DNA of 64,000 bases from Pseudomonadota bacterium. GTDB lineage: Bacteria > Pseudomonadota > Gammaproteobacteria > Pseudomonadales > JADFDG01. Location of the stretch: assembly GCA_049324495.1 (NCBI GenBank), contig JBMOOP010000128.1:10797-74796 (forward strand). Reading direction: 5' to 3'. The translations under genes were made by a program, and so were the position numbers. Every line of letters starts with the position of its first letter. The stretch's first letter is position 1. The notes beneath the pieces were generated by a model. That model saw nothing but the letters and a program-made list of their open reading frames with translations, was not told where the DNA came from and did not search any database. Shown piece by piece: positions 42,179 through 50,890 of the stretch.

Positions 42179-42205
42179 TGTTCCGCGCTATTAAACGCGT
42201 CGTGT

Positions 42206-43285
42206 TCAGGCGGGTTTTCCACGACGAGGCAACACGCTGCGCAGCTTGGTCGCCATGCTGCGTACCGCATCTTCCGTCATCGCCCAATCGATACAGCCGT
42301 CGGTGACGCTCTTGCCGTACTCAAGTTGAGTGAGATCTTTCGGAATTTTCTGGCTGCCGAATTGAAGGTGGCTCTCAACCATCATGCCGATGATCGAGCG
42401 GTTGCCTTCGACGATCTGGTTCGCGACGTTATCCATAACCAAGGGTTGCAGCGCCGGATCCTTGTTGGAGTTGGCATGGCTGGCATCGACCATGATGTTA
42501 CCGCTGACTTTCGCTTTTGCCAGCGCCTGTTCGGCGAGCGCGACACTCACCGAATCGTAGTTCGGCTTGCCGTTGCCGCCGCGCAGCACGACGTGCGCGT
42601 ACTTGTTGCCGGTCGTATGCACGATGCTCACCTGACCGTCACCGTTGATGCCGAGAAAGCTGTGCGGATGCGCCACGGACTGTAGGGCATTGGTGGCAAC
42701 CTCGAGGCCGCCGTCGGTGCCGTTCTTGAAACCGACCGGCGTCGACAGGCCCGAACTCATCTCGCGGTGGGTCTGCGATTCGGTGGTGCGCGCACCGATC
42801 GCGCTCCAGCTGATCAGATCCTGCAAGTACTGCGGGCTGATCGGATCGAGTGCCTCCGTGGCGGCGGGCAGGCCGAGCTCGGCGATGTCCAGCAGCAGGC
42901 GGCGGGAAATGTGCAGGCCGTCCTGGATGCGGAACGTGTCGTTCATGTACGGGTCGTTGATCAGCCCCTTCCAGCCGACCGTGGTGCGCGGCTTCTCGAA
43001 ATAAACACGCAGCACCAGATACAGCGTGTCCTGCACTTCTGCGGCCAGCGTCTTGAGCTTGCCGGCATATTCGAGCGCGGCTTTGGTATCGTGAATCGAG
43101 CAGGGGCCGATGACGATGAACAGACGCGGGTCACGACGATCGAGGATTGCCTTGATGGTTTCGCGACCGTTGTCGACGGTCTCGCGGGCTGGCGCCGAGA
43201 GTGGCAGCTCGTTGTGCAGTTGGCGCGGTGTGACCAGGGGTTCGATGGCGCGAACGTTGGCATTTTCGATCGGCTGCGTGGACAT
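42206..43285 (-). CDS. aroG: 3-deoxy-7-phosphoheptulonate (DAHP) synthase, class I
   Basis: 359 aa with conserved class I blocks (IVIGPCSIHD, RVYFEKPRTTVGWKGLINDP, GARTTESQ.HRE, KNGTDG, VMVESH). The isozyme (G/F/H) cannot be told from sequence alone. Confidence 0.92.
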   Translation of the reverse strand: MSTQPIENANVRAIEPLVTPRQLHNELPLSAPARETVDNGRETIKAILDRRDPRLFIVIGPCSIHDTKAALEYAGKLKTLAAEVQDTLYLVLRVYFEKPRTTVGWKGLINDPYMNDTFRIQDGLHISRRLLLDIAELGLPAATEALDPISPQYLQDLISWSAIGARTTESQTHREMSSGLSTPVGFKNGTDGGLEVATNALQSVAHPHSFLGINGDGQVSIVHTTGNKYAHVVLRGGNGKPNYDSVSVALAEQALAKAKVSGNIMVDASHANSNKDPALQPLVMDNVANQIVEGNRSIIGMMVESHLQFGSQKIPKDLTQLEYGKSVTDGCIDWAMTEDAVRSMATKLRSVLPRRGKPA

Positions 43286-43415
43286 CGTAATTCAGGCTTT
43301 TGGCGGCAGGGAGGGGTCTGAGAGTGTACCGCATGGTCCTGCGCACCGAACAGCGACATCACTGGCCGAATGGTATCGGTCGCAGCGTGCATTCCTGGCG
43401 TGCCTTGCGGCGGAA

Positions 43416-44147
43416 TCACGGCTCATCTCGCTTTGCCGCCGGCGCCATCCGCTGTCCATCGATGCTGATGTCGGTCAGCAGCAGGCTGCCGCGTGCTGCC
43501 GGATTTTCCACATGCTCGAAACGCACCATGAACCAGTCCAGGGCCGGCGCCACCCAAACCCGGGTGCGCTTGAAGCGCTGTGGATAGCGCCGCTCGATGA
43601 CCCAGGTATCGAAGGTGCCGAGCGGGGTTTCGATTGTTTCCTGGCCTGTGACTGTGAAGTGCAGATTTTTGCGTTCGCCGCGATACAGGATGGGAAAGTC
43701 GAGGCTGCGGGCACCGTCGCGCAACCGGCAGCGTGCCAGCATCGCCATATTGAGGCCATCGAAAATTTCGCCGTCCAGCCTGATCTCGCGCTTCTGGTTG
43801 CCACGTGCCTCAATTGCCACGTGCCGCTGCCAGTCGAAAGTGATCGCGCTTTGCCGGTCGATGCCGAGACCGTGGAACTCATGCTGGTACTCATGCGCGA
43901 CGACCTTACAGTTCCGCCAGTCGAACCGCGATATTTCGCGATTTTTCAGAAATCGATTTTCAACCTGAAAATCGATTTCATGCTGCTCGCTACCGAGCGA
44001 ACGGATATTGACAGTGGCAGCCGTACCGGCCGGAATTCCGTTGACGACAATACGGTAACGCGCGTTCAGAGGCGAGAGTTCGGGCAGCGCGGCTCCTGCC
44101 GGTGCTGCCAGGAGCAGTATCAGCAGCAGGATGCAGCATGGCTTCAC
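43416..44147 (-). CDS. DUF3108-like secreted protein
   Basis: GTG start at 44147 (GTGA overlap with the upstream gene). It has a signal peptide (MKPCCILLLILLLAAPAGA). The beta-rich 243-aa protein resembles the DUF3108 family as I recall it. Confidence 0.55.
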   Translation of the reverse strand: MKPCCILLLILLLAAPAGAALPELSPLNARYRIVVNGIPAGTAATVNIRSLGSEQHEIDFQVENRFLKNREISRFDWRNCKVVAHEYQHEFHGLGIDRQSAITFDWQRHVAIEARGNQKREIRLDGEIFDGLNMAMLARCRLRDGARSLDFPILYRGERKNLHFTVTGQETIETPLGTFDTWVIERRYPQRFKRTRVWVAPALDWFMVRFEHVENPAARGSLLLTDISIDGQRMAPAAKRDEP

Positions 44148-45160
44148 ATATGCTCCTTGCGCTCACGGTAGTACGTGAACATTTCCTCAAGGCTGTAACG
44201 TGGTACGAAACCAAATGTTTTCCGGAACAGCGAACCGTCAATGACAACCGGAAATTTGAAGTAGTTTACCAGATACAGCGGGAACGATTTCCAGCCAAGC
44301 AGGCGGCTGATGGTTTTCGGGACATCGGTCGGGATCGAAGGAATCGGTATTTTGCGACAACCGCAGCGCGTCAGTGCCTGGCCGTAGGCTACCCAGTCGT
44401 CCGGAGAAACGTTGTAGATGCCAGGGCGATTCTTGCGGAATGCCACATCGACTGCGTCAGCCATGTCCTCCACATGCATGAACTGCATGATCGGCGAAAA
44501 TCCGATCAACCACGGCGCGTAATGGTTGCCGAGGATGCGACTCATCGTATTGTTGATGCCAGGGCCGATCACGTTGCACGGGCGCAAAATCGTCAAGTGC
44601 AGTTCGGGATGTTTCCACAGGAAAATGGTGGCGAGGTTTTCGAGTTCGACGGAATCGACAAGATCGCTGGCAATTTCTGTGGCCTTGAGCGGCGCGTTTT
44701 CTTCGATCAGCGCGGGGTTATAAGGGTGTGCGCCGTAAACATGATAGGTCGACATCACGATTACCTGGCCGACTCCGTATTTTACGCTCAGATCGAGCAG
44801 CTTCTGCGTACCGAGCACGTTTGCCGCATAGCGGCTGGCGCGATTGGCCTGCGAAGTGAGGATGCGGCCAAGATGGATCACGCCCATGGGACGATGGCGG
44901 CGGAATATATCTTCGAACTCGCGCCTGTTGAAATCGACCTTGTAGCCATGAACATCGCCACCGAGTTCCGGTTTGTGCCGAAAATCAACCGCGATCACCG
45001 TGTGGTCGCGGCGCAAACGGCGCACCACATGCTGGCCGAGCGCACCACCGGCACCGGTCACCATGACAGTCGGCCGCACTGTTTGATGCACGGCGGCGGG
45101 CGCAGTGCGGCGTGCCGACATGCTTTTCGGTGATTTCTCTCTGGATTTTTTGCTGTTCAT
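44144..45160 (-). CDS. NAD-dependent epimerase/dehydratase family protein (extended SDR)
   Basis: Rossmann motif VTGAGGALGQHVV after a basic N-terminal extension, plus a YGAHP/Y...K-like region. Confidence 0.8.
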   Translation of the reverse strand: MNSKKSREKSPKSMSARRTAPAAVHQTVRPTVMVTGAGGALGQHVVRRLRRDHTVIAVDFRHKPELGGDVHGYKVDFNRREFEDIFRRHRPMGVIHLGRILTSQANRASRYAANVLGTQKLLDLSVKYGVGQVIVMSTYHVYGAHPYNPALIEENAPLKATEIASDLVDSVELENLATIFLWKHPELHLTILRPCNVIGPGINNTMSRILGNHYAPWLIGFSPIMQFMHVEDMADAVDVAFRKNRPGIYNVSPDDWVAYGQALTRCGCRKIPIPSIPTDVPKTISRLLGWKSFPLYLVNYFKFPVVIDGSLFRKTFGFVPRYSLEEMFTYYRERKEHM

Positions 45161-45972
45161 CAGAAAATCGATTTCCGTTCGTCAAGTCCCTTGGTAATGA
45201 GTTCTTCGAGTGCTCTTTTCACTGCATCGACATTGGCGGTAATTTCTGCCTCGGAATTGGCATGGCCAAAATGCATGGGTGCGCCGAAATTCAGGATGAC
45301 CCGCGCCGGTAGCGGGAAGGGAAAGGCAATCGGGAGATAGGGCAGGCCAAGCATGCGTGCCAGCGGCGTGATGCTGCCCAGTGCCGGAATGGTTTCCTCA
45401 CAGCCGACGATGCCCACCGGGATGATCGGTGTGCGGTGGTCGATCGCCAGATGCATGAAGCCGTTGCCGAAGCGTTGCAACTGATAGCGTTTGCGATACG
45501 GTTTACCGGAACCGCGCACGCCTTCGGGAAACACGATGATGGCTTCGTCGCTTTCCAGCATCTTGCGGCAGTTGGCCGGCTCGCCGACCACGGCGCCAAC
45601 CTGGTTAAGTGCGTTGCCCAGAAAAGGTACGGACGGGAAAAAGCGCTCGATCATGGTGCGGGGAATGCGCGGCCCGAACGGATTGGTGGCCAGGGCATAA
45701 CCGACCAGGATGCCGTCGATGGGGAGTTGCCCGCTGTGGTTGCCAATGATCAGGCAGCGTCCCGATGCAGGCACATGCTCAAGCCCATGCGCCTTAACCC
45801 GGAAATATTTTTCGTAGATCAGCCGGAAGGCGCCAAATGCTGTTTTCGTCGCCTCGTAATTGAACCCCCAGGGGTCGTAATCGAGCGTTCCGGATGGCTT
45901 GGGCGCCGCATCAATGAGTTCCCCAAACTCCCGGCTGACGAACAGCTTGCTCCAGAGTCCGCGTTTGGCCAT
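45160..45972 (-). CDS. Lysophospholipid/1-acyl-glycerol-3-phosphate acyltransferase family protein
   Basis: The NHSGQLPID (HX4D-type) and VFPEGVRG blocks are characteristic of PlsC-family acyltransferases. Confidence 0.8.
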   Translation of the reverse strand: MAKRGLWSKLFVSREFGELIDAAPKPSGTLDYDPWGFNYEATKTAFGAFRLIYEKYFRVKAHGLEHVPASGRCLIIGNHSGQLPIDGILVGYALATNPFGPRIPRTMIERFFPSVPFLGNALNQVGAVVGEPANCRKMLESDEAIIVFPEGVRGSGKPYRKRYQLQRFGNGFMHLAIDHRTPIIPVGIVGCEETIPALGSITPLARMLGLPYLPIAFPFPLPARVILNFGAPMHFGHANSEAEITANVDAVKRALEELITKGLDERKSIF

Positions 45973-46106
45973 GAGTTTCCGTTGCCTTCCTTAGTTGTCA
46001 ACCGATCTGGCGCATGATAGCCGAGGCGTCCCTGATATGCGCTTGGCACGCACAAACGAAACGGCCCGCGTGCAGCGGGCCGTTCGATGGAAGATTGGGA
46101 GACGCC

Positions 46107-46667
46107 TCAGGTTGTCTTGCGGCGGGCGGTCGTCTTGGCCTGGGCTTTTGGCTTGGCAGCGGCTTTCGCGACCGGCTTGGCTTTGCGCGGCGCGGCTTTT
46201 TTCACGGTCTTGCGGGCGTTGCGCACGGCGGCTTTGCCGAGGCTGCGTTCAACCTGCGTCAGTTGCTTCTGAACCTGCTTTTCGTAGGTGGAAAGCACGC
46301 GGGCAACTTCCTGGGCCTGTTTGGTGGCGAATTGCAGGGCATTCAGTTCGGCCTTCAGCAGCGCGTGCGCGGCACGCGAATCGCGAAGCTGGTCGCCGGC
46401 ATCGACAACCGCCTTTTTAACGGTATCGGCGCCGCTGCGCAGGGCGTCCTCGGCTTTTTCTCGGTAGGTTTCCTGCAGATCCTTCAGCTTATCGACGTTA
46501 AGATTATCGAGGCGTGTACCCAGCATCTTGCGGGCTTTGTCGAGCTGCTCTTCCAGGCGGCCCAGTTGTTTCGCGCGTTCCTGACGTACACGGTCAGTGA
46601 GTTGCTCAACACGCTCGATGAGCTCGTTGAACGGGCTTTTGACTTTTGCAACTTTGGTGGTGGCCAT
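46107..46667 (-). CDS. Coiled-coil protein with a Lys/Ala/Pro-rich histone H1-like C-terminal tail (phasin/AlgP-like)
   Basis: ATG at 46667 (MATTKVAKVKSPFNELIERVEQL...). Heptad-like charged helices are followed by KKAAPRKAKPVAKAAAKPKAQAKTTARRKTT. Confidence 0.6.
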   Translation of the reverse strand: MATTKVAKVKSPFNELIERVEQLTDRVRQERAKQLGRLEEQLDKARKMLGTRLDNLNVDKLKDLQETYREKAEDALRSGADTVKKAVVDAGDQLRDSRAAHALLKAELNALQFATKQAQEVARVLSTYEKQVQKQLTQVERSLGKAAVRNARKTVKKAAPRKAKPVAKAAAKPKAQAKTTARRKTT

Positions 46668-46856
46668 GTCATCTTCCATAAAGGATGGGCTTGGCGCCTG
46701 ACTGTCGGACAGTCCTCGGCAGGAGGAGCGCATTTTCTGCGACGTCAGCATCAAGCGGGATCTGGGTTGTCCGACAATTTGTGCTTGCAGGAATTAATCG
46801 GATGAAAGGCAGGCATTGCCAGGAACGAACGAGCGGACAAAAAATATTCCTGCTAG

Positions 46857-47888
<1,032 letters not shown>

Positions 47889-47918
47889 ATTGTCGGGAGC
47901 AACCGCAACCAGCGGTTT

Positions 47919-48650
47919 TTACGACTCGATATTGGTGATGTGCAGCCCGCACTCTTTCTTTGTGGCTTCCTCCCACCACCAGCGGCCTTCGCGCTCGTGT
48001 TGGCCGGGCAACACGGGGCGGGTGCACGGGTCGCAGCCGATGCTGGTGAAACCGCGTTCATGCAGCGCGTTGTACGGCACGCTGTGCTCGCGGATGTAAC
48101 GCCACACCTGCGCGCCGGACCAGTTTGCCAGCGGGTTGAATTTCGTCAGGCGGTTGGTCGGCGTCGAGAAGCCGCCATCATGCTGGACCACCGGAATGAT
48201 GGCGCGCGTGCCGGGGCTCTGATCCTTGCGCTGACCGGTGACCCAGGCGTCAAGACCCGATAGTTTGCGGCGCAGCGGCCCGACTTTGCGGATCTGGCAG
48301 CATTCCTTGTGGTCGTCCTGATAGAAACTGAACAGCCCTTTTTCGCGCACCAGCGCCTCCACCTGCGCAGCCTCCGGGTACATTGCCTCAATCGCAATGC
48401 CGTAATGGGTGCGGATCTTCTCCAGGTATTCGTATGTTTCGCGGTGCAGGCGACCGGTATCCAGCGTGAAGACTTTTATGTCCTTGCGGATTTTTACCGC
48501 CATGTCGACCAGCACCACGTCTTCGGCGCCGCTGAACGAAATGGCAAGGTTGTCGAAGTGGGCGAGGGCGTGTGTGAGGATTTCCTGGGGGCTCCGCAGA
48601 TCCAGCTCGAGTGCCCAGGTCTTGATCTGGTCTTCGGTGTAGGTGGCCAT
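47919..48650 (-). CDS. cysH: Assimilatory APS/PAPS reductase (Fe-S type CysH)
   Basis: ATG at 48650 ([10 protein letters not shown]...). It has a PP-loop-like [10 protein letters not shown], Cys pairs (ECCQIRK and GCDPCT), and the C-terminal ECGLH motif. Confidence 0.9.
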   Translation of the reverse strand: MATYTEDQIKTWALELDLRSPQEILTHALAHFDNLAISFSGAEDVVLVDMAVKIRKDIKVFTLDTGRLHRETYEYLEKIRTHYGIAIEAMYPEAAQVEALVREKGLFSFYQDDHKECCQIRKVGPLRRKLSGLDAWVTGQRKDQSPGTRAIIPVVQHDGGFSTPTNRLTKFNPLANWSGAQVWRYIREHSVPYNALHERGFTSIGCDPCTRPVLPGQHEREGRWWWEEATKKECGLHITNIES

Positions 48651-48815
48651 GTGCGTTGCTCCGGGGGGCGGAAAGTGCGGCAGTGTAGCGGCTCGACTTT
48701 TTACTACCAAGAATATGTCGTTTTATTTTTATGCCCAAAAGGGAGGGGTTGGCGTCAGCCGGCCAACTTCCGCTAGAGTGCGCGGCCTGCCCCAGCCCCC
48801 AACTCCAGGTGCCCC

Positions 48816-49433
48816 GTGGAAATTCTTGCCCTTGACCTCGAAGGTGTTCTCGTCCCCGAGATATGGATCAATTTCGCGGAGCTGACGGGTATCCCCGAGC
48901 TGCGGGCCACCACCCGGGATATCCCCGACTACGACGTGCTGATGAAGCAGCGCCTGCGCATCCTTGCCGAGAAGAAGCTGGGCCTGCCGGATATCCAACA
49001 GGTCATCGACCGCATGGGGCCGCTGCCCGGCGCAGTCGAGTTCATGGATTGGGCACGGGATAACTTTCAGGTGGTCATCCTCTCGGACACCTTTTATGAA
49101 TTTGCCAAGCCGCTGATGCGCCAGCTCGGCCAGCCGACTCTGCTGTGCCACAGGCTGATCGTGGACGATCAGGGTTTCATCACCGATTACACCCTGCGCC
49201 AGAAGGATCCCAAGCGGCACTCGGTGAAGGCGTTCAAGTCGCTCAATTACCGCGTTATTGCCGCCGGCGACTCCTACAACGACACCACCATGCTCGCCGA
49301 AGCCGATACCGGCATCCTGTTTCATGCGCCAGAGAATGTGATTCGTGAGTTTCCGCAGTTTCCAGCTGTGCATACGTACGATGCGTTACGTACGATCATT
49401 GCCGCGTCAAGCAATCGTAATATATCCATTTAA
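48816..49433 (+). CDS. thrH: Phosphoserine phosphatase / homoserine phosphotransferase ThrH
   Basis: GTG start. (M)EILALDLEGVLVPEIWI...TTRDIPDYDVLMKQRLRIL...VVILSDTFYEF..PLMRQLG.PTLLCH...AAGDSYNDTTML...FHAPENVIREFPQFPAVHTY is near-collinear with P. aeruginosa ThrH as I recall it. Confidence 0.9.
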   Translation: MEILALDLEGVLVPEIWINFAELTGIPELRATTRDIPDYDVLMKQRLRILAEKKLGLPDIQQVIDRMGPLPGAVEFMDWARDNFQVVILSDTFYEFAKPLMRQLGQPTLLCHRLIVDDQGFITDYTLRQKDPKRHSVKAFKSLNYRVIAAGDSYNDTTMLAEADTGILFHAPENVIREFPQFPAVHTYDALRTIIAASSNRNISI

Positions 49434-49527
49434 AATAATGAGTTAGTGCAAAAATCCAATGTGAATCAGCATCTTGTTTTAAGGTTTTGATCATCTGAAT
49501 AAATAACCTTTCAACCTAAAACACATA

Positions 49528-50802
49528 TCATTCAAGGAAGTGGTCTTCAATTGCGTGCATAAGGGGAGCCAGTTTATCGAGGCATTCCTGATATTCGGTC
49601 GCCGGATCGGAGTCTGCAACGATGCCGGCGCCGGCCCAGCCGTGCAGCACGCCGTTGCAGGTAACGAAGGTTCGGATGGCAATGTTGGAGCCGAACTGGC
49701 CATCGGCAGTAGCCCAGAAAATCGTCCCGCAGTAGATCGCGCGCGGGTGTGGCTCCAGTTCGTTGATGATTTCCATGGCGCGACGCTTCGGTGCGCCGGT
49801 GATCGAGCCACCGGGGAAGCAGGCTGCCAGTAGCTGCTGCATACCAACACCGGCCGGCAGGGTGCCGGTAACGGTGCTGACCAGATGGTGAACATTGTGG
49901 AATGATTCAACCTGAAAGAGCTCCGGCGTGCGGATAGAACCCGGCGCACAGACTTTGCCAAGGTCATTGCGCAGCAGGTCGACAATCATCAGGTTTTCGG
50001 CGCGATCTTTCGGGTGTGTTACCAAATCGGCCGCCAGTGCCGCGTCCGCGGCGGGGTCGGCCCCTCGCGCGCGCGTCCCCTTGATCGGGCGGGTGGTGAC
50101 GCACCTGCCATCGACTTCCAGGAACGACTCCGGCGACAGGCACAGTACCTGCCAGTCGCCGAAATCCAGCCATGCCGCGTAGGGCGGCGTAAACCGTGCC
50201 CGCAGGAGATCGAACGCCACACGCGGATCGCCTTCATAGCCGGCAGTGAAACGCTGGGCGAGGTTGACCTGATAGGCGTCGCCCGCAACGAGGTAATCCT
50301 GCACTCGCCGAACGGCCGCCATGTAACCGTCGCGCGTCCAGTCGGGTATGAAACGCCTGGTCAGACGAAACGGATCCGAGTGCCCGGCGATGTTGGCCTC
50401 GTCGTCGGTCGGGCTGCCCGGCACGCTGCGGCGGAAATGATCGAAAAACGCCATCCTGGCCGGAAGCCTGACCTGCATCGCCCCCCCGTCGTCCGGATAG
50501 GGCAGCAGCCCCACCAGCAACCCGGCCGACCCGGACGCCACCAGTTCATCCACGGCGCCTGCCAACTGTCCGATCAGGCCGTCGGCGTTCCGGGCCTGCC
50601 ATTGCCGGGCCGGGCCCGAGGCGATCAGGGACATCGCCTGCCCGCTGCCGGGCAGGCGCGTGTCGATCCGGCAGCGGGGGTGGCGATCTGGCGGGGCGGG
50701 CGGTTGGTGCATGGGCTGACCGTTGGGCGGCCCGACGGGTGAAGGACCCCGGGGTTTCGTGAGGTGCTGTCGAGCCGTTATAGTATCAGGGCTTGTGGCC
50801 AT
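49528..50802 (-). CDS. pabB: Aminodeoxychorismate synthase component I (chorismate-binding enzyme)
   Basis: C-terminal chorismate-binding blocks (FPGGSITGAPKRRAMEIINELE, RAIYCGTI, NIAIRT, GAGIVADSDP). The start is uncertain: ATG at 50802, 50712 or 50634. Confidence 0.85.
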   Translation of the reverse strand: MATSPDTITARQHLTKPRGPSPVGPPNGQPMHQPPAPPDRHPRCRIDTRLPGSGQAMSLIASGPARQWQARNADGLIGQLAGAVDELVASGSAGLLVGLLPYPDDGGAMQVRLPARMAFFDHFRRSVPGSPTDDEANIAGHSDPFRLTRRFIPDWTRDGYMAAVRRVQDYLVAGDAYQVNLAQRFTAGYEGDPRVAFDLLRARFTPPYAAWLDFGDWQVLCLSPESFLEVDGRCVTTRPIKGTRARGADPAADAALAADLVTHPKDRAENLMIVDLLRNDLGKVCAPGSIRTPELFQVESFHNVHHLVSTVTGTLPAGVGMQQLLAACFPGGSITGAPKRRAMEIINELEPHPRAIYCGTIFWATADGQFGSNIAIRTFVTCNGVLHGWAGAGIVADSDPATEYQECLDKLAPLMHAIEDHFLE

Positions 50803-50890
50803 GGGTTTCGGGTGGGTGCGGTGTTTTCCGCCTCCCCGCAGGGACGCATCCGGGTTTCCGCCGGGAGCCTATAACGAGAACAACAATCGG

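Noticed and set aside
30567-42205. Mobile-element hallmarks around the glycosylation island and around the 50.9-62.1 kb block (integrase, transposase, IS inverted repeats, flanking direct repeats, tRNA target)
   Set aside because: None were found by reading both strands, and GC content looks similar to the flanks. I therefore do not call either block a genomic island in the mobile-element sense, only accessory or lineage-specific.
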